NCBI GenBank assembly: GCA_043228905.1
Contig: CM091651.1
Coordinates: 62,001-126,000, forward strand
Reading direction: 5' to 3'
Source of the DNA: Azolla caroliniana
Taxonomy: Eukaryota; Plantae; Polypodiophyta
DNA: 64,000 nt
A program made the position numbers and the translations under genes. Shown here piece after piece: positions 49,970 through 63,298 of the stretch; position 1 is the first letter of the stretch, and every line of letters starts with the position of its first letter. The notes below the pieces were generated by a model. It made no database searches. It saw nothing but the letters and a program-made list of their open reading frames with translations, and was not told where the DNA came from.

Positions 49970-51478
49970 TCACAATGAAAGGGAATGTAAAGACAAAATT
50001 GAAAGTACATCATTGTTCCATAAACTCAGAACCATGTTTGGGTATAGACCGATACCTAGTATAGGTAGGAAAAGACAAACTGAAGTAAATAGTTCTCTAG
50101 GTCCAGAATCGGTTAGATACGGATCTAATTTGTTGGATTGTTTGTACCCATAAAAGGTTCGACGTAACATAGATAATGGATAGATGGGGGTTAATGCTGT
50201 ACCAATAGCTTCTACTACAGTTATTCCGACTTTGAATAAGAACGAATATTGCTTGTTAGTGACAACTCCCGGGAATACTAATGATTCTGATGCGAACCCA
50301 CTCATTCCTGGTAATGCTAAAGATGCAAACGAAAAGATAGTAAACATTATAAATAGTCTAGGCATTTGAATTGCCATTCCTCCTAGTTGATCCAAAAAAA
50401 GAGTACGAGTTCGATCGTATAGAGTCCCTGCGAGAAAGAAAAGGGCTGCACCTATCAAACCATGGGAAATCATTTGTAATATAGCTCCATTAATACCCAT
50501 GTTTGTTGAAGAGCCTATTCCGATTGTTACAAAGCCCATGTGAGAGATGGAAGAATAGGCTATTCTCCTCTTGAGATTACGTTGACTGATGGAAATAATA
50601 GAGGCGTATACGATCTGGGCCGCTCCCAACAAAACTAACCATGAGCTGTAGATGGAGTGTGCATGGGTCAGTATCCCTAGGTTTATTCGGACCAGTCCGT
50701 ACCCTCCCATTTTGAGTAATATCCCAGCGAGTAACATACATGTACTGTAATGAGCCTCGCCATGAGTGTCAGGTAACCAAGTATGAAAAGGAAAGAGTGG
50801 TAGTTTTACGGCATAAGCTATTAGAAAACCTAAATAGATAAGGACTTCGGATGTTATAGGATACGATTTATAAGTCAAATCCTGAATGTCGAAAGAGGGT
50901 GTCTCTGTTCCATAGAAACCCGTAGTTAACGCAGCTATTAAAAGGAAAATGGAACCACCAGCTGTATATAGAACAAATTTGGTAGCTGAGTATGAACGTC
51001 TCTTCCCGCCCCACAAACACAAAAGCAAATAGACTGGAATAAGTTCGAGCTCCCACATGAGGAAGAAAAGCAAAATATCCCGAGAGGCAAATAATCCGAT
51101 TTGGCCACTATACATGGCTAACATTAGGAAATAGAATAGTCTTGTATTGCGTGTTATTGGCCAAGCTGCCGAAGTCGCCGAAGTTGTAACAAAACCCGTT
51201 GATAGAATGAGACCCATGGAAAGTCCGTCGATACCTGAACTCCAATGGAATTTAATAGAGTTTATCCAGTTTAATTTTTCTACCAACTGAACAAAATTAG
51301 AATCAATTTGAAAATGGCAATGAAATGTATGAATTATCAATAAGAATTCTGGTATACGAATGCCCGGAGTGTACCATCGGATTATTCTATTTCCGTTACG
51401 AGGCAGCATCGGAAGAAGCAAACCAGCAAAGATTGGAAAGAGAACTATTATTGTTAGCCGAGGTACGTTACTAATCAT
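49970..51478 (-). CDS. ndhD: NDH subunit D
   Basis: [37 protein letters not shown]. Confidence 0.97.
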   Translation of the reverse strand: MISNVPRLTIIVLFPIFAGLLLPMLPRNGNRIIRWYTPGIRIPEFLLIIHTFHCHFQIDSNFVQLVEKLNWINSIKFHWSSGIDGLSMGLILSTGFVTTSATSAAWPITRNTRLFYFLMLAMYSGQIGLFASRDILLFFLMWELELIPVYLLLCLWGGKRRSYSATKFVLYTAGGSIFLLIAALTTGFYGTETPSFDIQDLTYKSYPITSEVLIYLGFLIAYAVKLPLFPFHTWLPDTHGEAHYSTCMLLAGILLKMGGYGLVRINLGILTHAHSIYSSWLVLLGAAQIVYASIISISQRNLKRRIAYSSISHMGFVTIGIGSSTNMGINGAILQMISHGLIGAALFFLAGTLYDRTRTLFLDQLGGMAIQMPRLFIMFTIFSFASLALPGMSGFASESLVFPGVVTNKQYSFLFKVGITVVEAIGTALTPIYPLSMLRRTFYGYKQSNKLDPYLTDSGPRELFTSVCLFLPILGIGLYPNMVLSLWNNDVLSILSLHSLSL

Positions 51479-51666
51479 TTATGTATGGGAAGGAGAAAGA
51501 AAGAAGATGTTGTAGGGTTGATTATGTTATGCGAACTGTGCATTTCGACCCATACTCAGACTTCGTTATCACGAAACTTCGAATATGGGCCGAAAAAGAA
51601 TGAGGACTAATGAGGACTAAATTGGATCAATTTTGTTTCGTTGTTTATACCCTATCTCTCATTCAA

Positions 51667-51912
<246 letters not shown>

Positions 51913-52229
51913 TTAGTCTATTTACTCCTATCGGATTTTTATATCGAAACCTACCGCATGTGGATTACGATTAGACCTTTGTTCTATTCCTCATACGGAT
52001 GTTACTGATTCTCGTCTGGGATGCATCCCATGTACGGGATTTGCACGGTCCACCGCTAGACCACAACCTTTTTTGTTGTTTTATTGACTCGTTCCTGACT
52101 CATGTTTCTCACAAAAGAGAGATGGAAGGAACAGGGATCAACGACACGGTTCGTTCGACACTGATATCTATTACTGAATCGGGTACCGATTTGATCGGAT
52201 CCGGGAAAAAATCCATACTGATCAATCGA

Positions 52230-52541
52230 TTACCATTTTAACAAATCGAATTGATCGATACGAGTCGATCTTCTGTTTCGCCGAATAACGAGAGCAAGGG
52301 CTAACCCAATGGCAGCTTCGGCGGCTGCAACAGCTATAATGAATAAACAAAAGATTTCTCCCCTCGTTTGCTGGATTGAATCATCAAAAAGAAGATGAGA
52401 GAATGCTATAATGTTAATATTAATTGCATTAAATATTGACTCAAGACACATTAGTGCCCTAACCGTGTTTCGACTCGTGATCAATCCAAAGAAACCAACA
52501 CAATGGGGATAAGCACCTAAAACTAGTCCGTGTTCGAGCAT
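52230..52541 (-). CDS. ndhE: NDH subunit E
   Basis: [19 protein letters not shown]...[10 protein letters not shown]...[11 protein letters not shown]. Confidence 0.96.
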   Translation of the reverse strand: MLEHGLVLGAYPHCVGFFGLITSRNTVRALMCLESIFNAININIIAFSHLLFDDSIQQTRGEIFCLFIIAVAAAEAAIGLALALVIRRNRRSTRIDQFDLLKW

Positions 52542-52651
52542 AAATTATCAACTTCCCCCTCCTTCTAAGAATAGTGACAATAGATTCCTTTTTCTTCCTA
52601 TATAAAACTGTCTTTTCATCGATTCTGTATTTATAAAGTCACCATGATTGA

Positions 52652-53239
52652 TCAAGATGAAGAATTATCCTGGGATGACGGTGGAACCTTTTTTTTTATG
52701 GCTAACCCATCATTACGAGCCATGGTAATAGCTCCTACTAGAGCGATTAGGAGTAGTATCGAAAGCGGTTCAAACGGAACGATAAAGGTGGTTAATAGTT
52801 GGTATCCCGCTTCTTGAGCATTATTCTTCGGAGCGTCCCCCACGGAAATAGAAAAATTCAACCGATCGATTGATTGTACATCCGACCATTTCGTACCATG
52901 AATCATAGCAATTAGTAGTGAAGAAAGGCCTACACGAACTACCGAAGCTATGGAGTATCCTGCATTCAAAGGTGTACGAGGACCCGCCGGCTCGTCAGTG
53001 ACCATAACAGCAGACACGATTAAAACATTTATAGCTCCTACATAGATAAGCAATTGTGCCGCAGCTACAGAATCGGCATTCAATACGAGGTATGATGGAG
53101 ATACACAGGTGAACACCAACCCTGGAAGAAAAGCAGAATGAACCACATTAGGAAGTAATACTACTCCCAAACTCCCTAGTAGAATACCTGATTCTATTAA
53201 TACCAAAATAACTTGATGAATTGATTCAGATAGATTCAT
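52652..53239 (-). CDS. ndhG: NDH subunit G
   Basis: LGSLGVV...AAAQLLIYVGAINVLI...PFE.LSILLLIALVGAI. Confidence 0.95.
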   Translation of the reverse strand: MNLSESIHQVILVLIESGILLGSLGVVLLPNVVHSAFLPGLVFTCVSPSYLVLNADSVAAAQLLIYVGAINVLIVSAVMVTDEPAGPRTPLNAGYSIASVVRVGLSSLLIAMIHGTKWSDVQSIDRLNFSISVGDAPKNNAQEAGYQLLTTFIVPFEPLSILLLIALVGAITMARNDGLAIKKKVPPSSQDNSSS

Positions 53240-53350
53240 TGTACATAATTGATTGCTAAAAATTTTTGTCTCATTTTCCAGCCCATTCTATTTTTTCGTA
53301 TATTTTTGTGATCGCGCACGGCGAGACAGGTCGGTTATTATCCCAAAAAA

Positions 53351-53902
53351 TCAATCGCTGATATGAGTAATGGTTCGATCAACAACGAAAAATCCATCAA
53401 TAACTCTTTTTGGTAAGCGAGTTGTTGAAACTGTCTGGATCGAAACGTCTTGAGAAATAGAGAGGGGTAAACGCCCCGAAGCTGTTTGGTCGTAATTCAA
53501 TTCATGACGATCGTAACTCGAAGGTTCATACTCCTCAGTCATTGACAAACAATTGGTTGGGCAATATTCGACACGATTCCCGCAGAAGATGCAAACTCCA
53601 AAATCAATGCTATAACTCTTCAATTGCTTCTTTTTCATGCTCTTCACCAACATCCAATCAACGACAGGCAGATTGATCGGGCACACTCGGACACAGACTT
53701 CGCAAGCGATACATTTGTCGAATTCAAAGTGAATACGACCGCGAAAACGTTCGGATGGTACAGTTTTTTCATACGGATATTGGATGGTTATAGGCGAACG
53801 GCTCGAATGGTCTAAAGTAACTGCAAATCCCTGACCAATGTATTTCGCAGCATCTAGTGCTTGTTGTCCATGATTCTGAAACGTCATTAATGTTGAAAAC
53901 GT
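53351..53902 (-). CDS. ndhI: NDH subunit I (probable ACG start)
   Basis: [36 protein letters not shown](R>C)VEYCP. Confidence 0.95.
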   Translation of the reverse strand, partial: TFSTLMTFQNHGQQALDAAKYIGQGFAVTLDHSSRSPITIQYPYEKTVPSERFRGRIHFEFDKCIACEVCVRVCPINLPVVDWMLVKSMKKKQLKSYSIDFGVCIFCGNRVEYCPTNCLSMTEEYEPSSYDRHELNYDQTASGRLPLSISQDVSIQTVSTTRLPKRVIDGFFVVDRTITHISD

Positions 53903-54065
53903 GTGATAGATAAACCTAATCTTATTTTTTTTTTTTACTTTTTAAACCCAAGAATAGAAATAAATAAGTATAAATCTATAAATATTTACTTATGATTTCA
54001 TACTAGATTTAGATAGACTTTACTTAAAGTGGATTTGAAACGAACGAAAAAAAGGATAACATACG

Positions 54066-56067
54066 TTATTTAAGTGAAAAAGGTTGGAATGGAGCTGTCG
54101 GCAACAGATTCCCCAGAGAGATGGGCAAGAGAAATTTCCATCCGAGATCTAATAACTGATCTATTCTTACTCTGGGTAATGTCCATCTCGTCAAAATAGA
54201 TATGAATAAGAATAAATAACATTTTGATAGTGTAGTAACAATATCTATCACTATCTTAAATGAAGTACTTAACTCACTACTGAAACCCCAAGATAAAGAT
54301 TCTTGTGTGAGTTTCTCCAAGAACGGAATTGATGAATCCCATCCACCTAGATAAAGGACTGTTACAAATGATGAAGGAACCAATAGATTCGGATAGGAAC
54401 CGACATAAAATAAACCAAATTTTATTCCCGAATATTCAGTTTGATAACCTGCCACCAGTTCCTCCTCCGCCTCTGGTAGATCGAATGGTAGTCTTTCACA
54501 TTCTGCCAGTGATGCAATGAAGAACGCTATAAAACCTATGGGCTGCCGCCACAGATTCCACCCCAAGAAACCATACTTGGATTGCGTTTCAACGATATCG
54601 ACCGTACTCAAACTACCGGATAAGGATAGTCGACAGCATCGCTCTGGTTGCCGCCTCTAATGCAGAACCGTACATGAATTTGATTTTCATACGGCTCCCC
54701 ATCGACTCGTTCGATCCTTTTTTTGTACCGCGAAATACGGAACTGTATAAGATTTCCCTATCAATGAGATTCCGTTTGCTAGAAAGTGATTGCTTCTGAA
54801 TCTATCTCTACCTTACCAGTTCTTAATATTAGTTTCTTAATTGCACCAAACCTTTTTGGTTCGTCGTAAGATAAGTACCCACCCATCTAGAAAACCACAT
54901 TTGAAAACCAAGGTACAAAAAAATTTCAGCAATCTTTTAAAGTATGTATATAAAAAAAAAACCTTGTTTTTGCTAGATTTGGTAGACTGTTACAAAGGTT
55001 GTTTCGTTCCAAATAGTCATGATTCGCGTAGATAGAAATATACTCGAGATTGAGATTTTTTCTAGGTGTACGACTCAGTCACCCCCACCAAAGCTGAGCC
55101 TTGTAAATCCTCTAAAAAAAAGGACAAATTTTTTGTTTGGTAATTCCCCGAACTAATCCAAACTTATCCGTGTATATATATATATATATATCTTTTTTTT
55201 CTCTATTTGTCTAACGAATCTCTTGTGTATATTAGTGTTCCTTACCATCTACTTTCGTTTAATCCTAACATGTTCTATTTTATTAGGATTCTTAGTATCC
55301 GCTACAGGTTTTGGTGGATTCGCCTAAATCTGGATTTAAGCGGTGCCTGCCGCTCGGATATACTTTACACCCGCACACGGTGAATGGGGCTTGATCTAGT
55401 AACTGCGATATGCTGTTCGATCTCACCCAAATGACTATTTAGTTTATGAAGAAACGATACATTAATTTCCTAAGCCTAAGAATTTTTTTCATCTTCGTTT
55501 CGTTCAACGAATCGCACGTAGGGATATCGACAAAACGCATAACGCTAAAGGGATTTCATAACTGATTGATTGAGCAGCTGCTCTCAGACCACCCGGAAAA
55601 GAATATTTGTTATTTGACCCATATCCAGCCATTAGAAGACCCAAGGGTACAATACTTGGGATAGCAATCCAAAAAGAAACACCTATATTCGGATTAGATA
55701 GGATTATATGCTGACCAAAGGGTATCACCAAACGAGTTATGAAGACTGGTATGACTACAACAGCTGGTCCGGTTTTGAATAACCAGGGATCACTTCCAGC
55801 CGGGACAATATCTTCCTTTAGAAGAAGCTTAATACCATCTGCCAAGGATTGAATAATCCCCAAGGGACCCGCATATTCCGGTCCGATACGCTGCTGCACC
55901 CCCGCAGACACTTTTCGTTCGAGCCATACGATCACTAAAACCCCTACTGTAACTCCCACGACCAACAAAAGGATAGAGGCTAGAATTCGAATTGATTCGA
56001 GGGGATTTCTAGCAATATCGAGCAAGTGAACTAATTGTTCCAAATAGGTTTCGAAACTAATTACCGT
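54066..56067 (-). CDS. ndhA: NDH subunit A; exons 55518-56067 and 54066-54622; group II intron; ACG start
   Basis: [23 protein letters not shown]...[15 protein letters not shown] / [26 protein letters not shown]. Confidence 0.95.
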
Positions 56068-56068
56068 T

Positions 56069-57247
56069 TCGACGATCGACCTCTCCCATAATAATATCTA
56101 TACTACCTGATATTGTCATAATATCTGCTAACTTCATTCCTTTTATTAATTGGGATAGAATCTGTAGATTTGTAAAACCAGGAGAACGAATCTTCCATCT
56201 CCAGGGAAAAACACTATCATCTCCAATTGGGAATACACCTAATTCACCTTTTGGAGCCTCCACCCTCACATAATGTTCTTGCTTAGGTAACTTAATTGTA
56301 GGGGAAGATTTTTTACCAACAAATTGGTAATTGAATTCGTTCCATTTTGCATCTCCCTGTCGCTGACGAAACCGCCGGCCCTCTAAATTTTCGTACGGAC
56401 CTCCCGGAGGTAGTTTCAATGCTTGTTGAATAATCTTAATTGACTCTCTCATTTCGTTGATTCGTACCAAGTAACGAGCCAACGAATCTCCTTCTTTTTT
56501 TGATTGGATTTGCCAATCCAATTTATCATAACATTCATAATTATCAACCTTTCGGAGATCCCACTTAACTCCCGATGCTCGTAACAAAGGTCCTGATAAG
56601 CCCCAGTTGATAGCCTCTTCCTTACTCACGAAACCTATACCCTCTACTCGTCTCAGAAAAATAGGATTCCTTGTTATTAGTCGCTCATACTCATCAATTT
56701 TTGGAAGACAATACTTACAGAAGTCGATACATTTGTCTACCCACCCATACGGAAGATCCGCAGCTACTCCCCCAATTCGGAAGTAGTTATGCATCATTCG
56801 CATACCTGTAGCAGCTTCAAATAAGTCATAAATCATCTCCCTTTCTCGTAATATATAGAAAAAGGGAGTCTGAGCACCGATATCCGCAAGGAAGGGTCCA
56901 AGCCACAGCAAGTGAGAAGCTATTCGGCTTAGTTCAAGCATTATCACACGTATATAACTAGCCCTTTCAGGTACTCGGATATTTGCCAATCTTTCCGGTG
57001 CGTTGACAGTCACTGCCTCCGTAAACATGGTTGCTAGGTAATCCCACCTCGTGACGTAAGGAAGGTATTGTACAATTGTTCGGTTCTCGGCGATCTTTTC
57101 CATTCCCCTATGCAAATATCCCAGTACTGGTTCGCAATCAACAACATTTTCTCCATCCAGAGTGACAATAAGCCGAAGAACACCATGCATCGATGGGTGG
57201 TGAGGACCCATACTTATAGTAACTGGATCCACTTTTTTGAGAGACAT
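56069..57247 (-). CDS. ndhH: NDH subunit H (stop probably by editing CGA at 56069-56071; genomic stop at 56057)
   Basis: [15 protein letters not shown]...GYLHRGMEK...DIIMGEVDR. Confidence 0.96.
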
Positions 57248-57358
57248 ATTCGTAAATTTATTCCTTCTCAGTAGATGTCACAAAATGTAGTTTCCATAAA
57301 AAAAAAGACTTCTTCTGTAGTAATGCGTGTTATACAATAGGAAATTTTATGGACTTTT

Positions 57359-57628
57359 TTATTGTCGTTCCTTCAATCTCCGAATATTCATATTTTTCAG
57401 AACTTTCTTATATGAAACGGGATCTCGATTCGATAGATAGATAAGAAGACGTTTCCGCTTGCCCAGCACCCTCCATAAACCTCTTTGGGATGAATAATCT
57501 TTGGGATGTAGTTCTAGATGAGATGTTAGTATCGAGACTCGATAAGTCAGATTGCTAATTTGGATGTTGGCAGATCCTGTATCTACTTCACTTACTAACA
57601 GCGAATCAGTTGATTTTTTTTTATTCAT
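57359..57628 (-). CDS. rps15: 30S ribosomal protein S15
   Basis: GSANIQI..LT.RV..LTSHLELHPKDYSSQRGL..LGKRKRLL.YL. Confidence 0.95.
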   Translation of the reverse strand: MNKKKSTDSLLVSEVDTGSANIQISNLTYRVSILTSHLELHPKDYSSQRGLWRVLGKRKRLLIYLSNRDPVSYKKVLKNMNIRRLKERQ

Positions 57629-57769
57629 TTTTATTCTAATTGCCTCTTATGCTTCGATTTCTTAGGATTTTTTGGCTAGGTACAGATCCATTACTCATAT
57701 TGATTGAGGAATGGTTTTTTTTTTTTAGGGCTCAGCCATTCAAGACGAATCCATTCATATGTCGAATAC

Positions 57770-57807
57770 TTGGTTGAGATTACCGAAACTTCGGTAATCT
57801 CAACCAA
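57770..57807. terminator. perfect 18-bp hairpin downstream of ycf1
   Basis: TTGGTTGAGATTACCGAA-AC-TTCGGTAATCTCAACCAA. Confidence 0.8.
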
Positions 57808-57871
57808 ATAAATGATCGAATTGGTGTTGATGTCTATATTTACCGATCATCTGTTTCTGTTCATGTCGATT

Positions 57872-60800
57872 CTAAAAGGCGATCGGATACATCCGTAACT
57901 TGAGCGTGGTAAAACAACTTCCGTTACTAATATTGAGACAAAATCTACCTATACAGGCTAGTTCTTCCAGACGGTAACTTGGCCATAGAAAACGCTTCAT
58001 TATACGAATATCGCTTGGGTAATGTGTTTCACTTTCGCAAGATTGCTCCACCCCAGTAAGTAAATCTGAAAAGTGTTCCTCTAATTCTAATCCAGGCGTT
58101 TTCATATCTACAACGGATTGGAGGAATCGCAATTCTCGACGACGTCCCGAAAGTAGAACATCCTCAACGTTATAGGAACTATACTGTTCTTCTAATTCCT
58201 TTAAGTTTTTTGATTTTTCCGTCGCTGTGAGAGATAGAGCTGAGGTAGGTTCACTATCCATTTCATTATTCACTGGTTTCTTAAACCGATTTTTGAATTT
58301 ATCGTTTAATTTCCGTAAAAGGTTAATCGTTCTGTAAATTAAAATATGATCCTTAGAGATCGGTACTAGACGATGAGCACAATAAAAACACAAATTTTCT
58401 GCTATATTACGTCTATTTTTATCGAAAAACAAACTTAATAGGTCTGAATTTATGCCTGTGTTAGAACGAAACGCAATGAGATCTTGATCATTTTCCAATA
58501 CATCAACAAGAACCATGAAATTCCTCAAGTCTTCTAATTTTCCTTCCAACGCTTTGGATTTCCACTTCCACCGAGATAGATAATTGAGACTCTCTCTCTT
58601 TTTTAATGTTATATCGTATTTCTGTTTCAATATACCTTTAAAGCTATCATCTAATTCTAAATTCTTAGACGTCAAGTCTAAATCATTAGGTGTTAAGTCT
58701 AACTCATTAGGTGTTAAGTCTAACTCATTAGGTGTTAAGTCTAAATTGTTTGATTTTAATTCTAAATTATTAGGTGTTAAGTCTAAATTGTTTGATTTTA
58801 ATTCTAAATTATTAGGTGTTAAGTCTAAATTATTTGACGTCTTTTTTTCGGTATCCTCTTTCTTTGTACTTGAAAAACTAAGATTAGATTCTATTGTTTT
58901 TAGAAAAAAATTGTTAAATTCCATAGGATCTGGAACTATCCATAACTTCAAATCAAAAATGGAATTTATCTTTATTTCTGATTCGTTATTTTTTTGTTGA
59001 TAAAATTTTTCTGCATACGCTATTTCATTAAGATAACCAATATCCTCAACATCAGGAATATCCTCAACATCAGGAATATCCTCAACATCAGGAATATCCT
59101 CAATATCAGGAATATCCTCAATATCAGGAATATCCTCAATATCAGGAATATCTTCAATATCCTCAATTCCAGGAAATTTATCAATTCCAGAAATATCAAG
59201 AATTTCTGGAATTATTTGAATTCGACCAATTCCACGAAATTCATCAATTCCATCAAAAGGATCGATTTCCTTAATTTCATCATATGCAGGAATTGCCTCA
59301 AAAACATCATCAAATCCAGCAAGCTCATCCAACCCATCAAATATATCATATAACCCATCGATTAAAAGCTTGGACTCAATAGTTTGCTTTAGGGAATCCT
59401 GTTGTGTAGCAAATTGCTGCGTATGCCCATCTCGCAGAAAATCGGTAAAACTATTTAACAAATAAATATACTTGAAACGTTTATTATAATTGTTAATCCG
59501 GTCCTTCAGTAAGGGATTTTTTGCGTAAATGGAATAGCTTTGTGATTCTTCTTCCCCTAAGGGTTGATTCTTTTTATTTAGAATCTCCGTTTCGGTATTT
59601 TTGAACGTATCAGAATTACATAAATTGAGTTTCCATTTTTTTGGTACTATACTATCCCAAACTTCTAGTGGTAAATTATATCTGTAAAAAGAATCTATCC
59701 AATTCTTCCAATTATGGGCATCCAAGGCAGATTTTTTTTTGGAGAATCCCCAACCCTCTACGGATTCTATTATGCTTTCGTTGATAAAACCTGATACGAA
59801 ATATTCATCTGCTGGGGTGATATCAACAGAATTTTTGTAGTCCAAACCTTCCATAGATGGATAAAACAATTCTGGATTTTTTTTCAGATACCTGGTGCCT
59901 TTCTTTTTCGCCGCGGGAGCATAACTATCTGGACTATTACTCAATAGAAGATTCAAATATGAATTTCCATCTATACTCGTGTTCCACAAACTCTCATAAA
60001 TATAAGCCTGAGATATTGATTCAAACTTGTTGAGCCGCGATAAAAATTCTTTGGTCCCGGGAACGGATGATCCTGAATGTTCTGCTTCCCTGTAATCCTC
60101 AATAGTGTTACTTTTCGCTCTTACCAGCTGCCTTTGTAATGCAACAAGTTCATTAAGATAGTAAACAAGAGTTCGTTCGGTTACTCGACAGAATATTGAG
60201 GCTACTCCAAAAAACTGTTCAGTTACTTCCGCTAGCGATAGGCGTAATTGGAGACCAATTCCTCTAAAACTTGCAATGTCTTTTCTTCGTATTCCCGAAG
60301 GAATAACAAGAAAATTGTGCCTGTTATTGGGTTTGTCACAGATTCGTGACTCATTAATATCGATAACTGGTTGAATTTTCTTGTTGGTGCGAAAAGATGT
60401 CCTATCTGATCCACCAACACTCGACTTGGGTTCTATCAAATTTTGATGCTCAATTGTAAATGTATCTCTATCAATCTTTTTGGTTTTTTTAGAACTAGAG
60501 TTATTTCTGGGAACTACTCCAGTTTGACGCACTGAGTCAACATATTCACCAGATTTTGGAATAAACAAAAGAGAAAGTTTCGTATATAAACTAAACAACT
60601 GCCGGGTTCGCCGCGTAATATTATTCCGCCAAATCCGAAAAAGTTCCTTCCTAATGGGTTTCCAGAAAGAAGATTGTTTTTTTATTTTTCCGAAAGGGGC
60701 CTCTACTTGGAATCCCCAAGCCGTTAAATAGCTAAACCGGGGTCTTCCTTGCAAAAAGTGATCAACATTCTTTGATAATCGATCTCGGACGGGTTTCAAA

Positions 60801-63298
60801 CTCTTCTCTCTACCAATAATCGATTGCTTCTTCTTGTCACAAGTGTGCCAAGGCTTCAACTCAAACGGATATAATATTTTTATTTGCAATCCCTCTTTCA
60901 ACCAGCGACCGGGAAACCTAATTTGCGAATATTCTTCGCCGTCGTAAGTACAATTAATGTAAGTCTCTCTATTCCATTCCATCCAATCTATATCCCATTC
61001 GGAGTCTTGACGTAACAAGCTACGTACAAGATTCTTACAAATTATTGCTAAGGGGATTCTAAAGTATTTTCGAAGAATTGCCTGGAAGACTAGTAACAAA
61101 CCCCTTCCACTGTGAATAGGGCCTATATCCATTCTGGCAGCAATCATTGAACGAGCATTGTTCTGGGATTCCATTAATGCTTTTGTATTTGAAAAATTTC
61201 TTGATTTTTGTTTATTCTCAAGGGCTGTTGTTCTTTCCAGATCGATCAAAGCCTTCTCAGAATCTGAACTAAACGAATTTACCCGTGCAGGTAGCTTGGG
61301 TAGGTTAGGCACTTCCATAAATCTTAAGAAAAAAGGTGAGTGTACTTTATCCTCGAAAAATCTCCAAAGCGGTATCTTACGCCTTTTCGACCGCAAGGCT
61401 CCCTTTACAATTCTACGACGGAAGTCGGGTACTCTTGCAAATCGTTTCACTATCTTTGTTGTTTTGCGTTTCGTCTTCCCAACATTAATTCCCAGATTTC
61501 TCAATTTTCTATAACGAACGTCACTTTCCATCCCGGGAAGGTCATACTTACTTTCGAATATTGCTTTAGTATAATGAAGCAACACTTTTTCTAGATCCTC
61601 GATCTCGTGGATGGAACCGACCTCGTGTCTCAGATCTCGAAAGTATCTCTCTCGATTAACTGAAAGAATATTTGATAGATTTATTTGATTAAAGCTATGA
61701 TAATTTTCGTGGAGGTATATAAAAAAGAGGGCTCGTTCCGCAGCATCTAAATCAAATATGTCTTCCCAAATGACATCAATTCTGGGTGAAGTTTCTATTT
61801 CGTTGACGATGTCTGGTATATTAGACTGTGATAAAAATCGTCCATTGGCCATGAAATGAAACAAACGCTGAGTTCTTTTTGGTAGCTCTTCCCACGGAAG
61901 GGCGACTTTCTTCCAATATTTCGATTGTGAGTATTTGCCCGAGATCCAATCCTCAAACCGCTCGTCCGTATCCATATCGCTCTCTATAGTTACTATGGAA
62001 TCTACCCCATCTAATGATTCTGTCTTTTTCTGGGTCACGGGATTCAACTCATCCACAGCCATAAAAGTCTGTGGAGTTCCGATTGTTATACGAGAGAACT
62101 TAGCCAGGAAAGGATCATAAACGTTGGGTAGTCTCGTACTACTCTCTGCAATAGTCAATCTAGCTTCTTTCTCCATTGCATTCCAAAAGGTAGACCCAGC
62201 ATCTAACAAATCGATTCGGTCCTTTAATTCTTTATCTAAAGACTCAGCTCTTGCTAACTCCTCGAAAATCCAATCTTGGTGTGGGATAGAAGGAGATACC
62301 GAAATACTGTAGTTTTCGTTTTCTAAATAATTTTCCATTTATTCTTCAAGAATTGACGAACCTGGCAACGATGCGAAGCATAATCTCTGCTTTCCATCAG
62401 TCAAACAATTACCAAAATAGTAATTAGATACTTTTGTCTTGACAAGACTACTACCGTTGACTCTACTAATCCTCTTGAATCTTGTAGGCTGATTTGATCT
62501 GGAGGGATCGAAAAAAGAAGCAGGCCATGGTTTGAAAATCCACCAGATTATGTCCGTATATTCTATTTTCTGAAATTCCAAGTCTTTTTCAATAAATTCG
62601 TTTTTGTATTTTTTCGTGCAGAAGGGTACTGGTGCTCTACCCAAGTAGGATATTAGCTGAACGGCAGCAATAATACTAAAAGTTGCTTGAATAGCGCGTT
62701 TTACCAATAGATAAACCATTGGCGAATCTCTCTCTATCCGAACAATGAATAGTCGAGATAAGGAACTAAATATTATGTGACCCAATAGCCAACCCATCAA
62801 ACTGCTAATTAGAAAAATACCGTTGTTACTCCGACGAAACAGAAGAAGATGAATCAGTCTCGCTAGTACAGGGCTTGGTAATAATATTGGATTCAAAATC
62901 TGAAAAAGAAAGCTATTCAAAAATATACGAACCATTCGTGGATCACGCAATGAGGTAGCGGGACGTAAGTCCTGAGAATTTTGTAAATCTTTTATTTGAA
63001 ACCAAAAGAAAAAAAAGTATGGCACTACTACAATAGTAAGTAGGTGTGGTTTGGAGAATAATATATATAGGGGTGAACAATATATCGATAGAATAATTAA
63101 TAGCTGTCCGATCATTGATCCACTCAAGGCGACAATACCGCAAAGATTCCCCCCAGTAACCAAAGCTCTTACACATAGAATTTGGGAAAATCCAACAGGT
63201 AATGTTGTGAGTAAACCATAATAGAGACCGAATAGTACGTAGGGACCCGTTGTGTTGATACAAATCAATGCCAAAACTTGAAATATATATAAAATCGT
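57872..63298 (-). CDS. ycf1: Ycf1 / Tic214, ~1808 aa (probable ACG start; internal TAA at 62339-62341)
   Basis: N-terminal FGLYYGLLTTLPVG, FQILNPILLPSPVLARL; C-terminal KRFLWPSYRLEELACIGRF; two track ORFs abut in frame. Confidence 0.93.
58649..58837 (-). repeat. in-frame 21-bp tandem array in ycf1 (9 units, S/P-N-N/E/D-L-D/E-L-T/K)
   Basis: SNNLDLT PNNLELK SNNLDLT PNNLELK SNNLDLT PNELDLT PNELDLT PNDLDLT SKNLELD. Confidence 0.92.
59039..59146 (-). repeat. in-frame 18-bp tandem array in ycf1 (6 units, PD(I/V)EDI)
   Basis: AATATCCTCAA(C/T)ATCAGG x6 on + strand. Confidence 0.95.

Noticed and set aside
58649-59146. CRISPR-like array
   Set aside because: Units are contiguous without unique spacers, lie in frame within ycf1, and there are no cas genes.
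58584-59353. + strand ORFs with (NILNIR)n and (KSKLLGV)n repeats
   Set aside because: Antisense shadows of the ycf1 tandem arrays; the repeat units simply lack stops.
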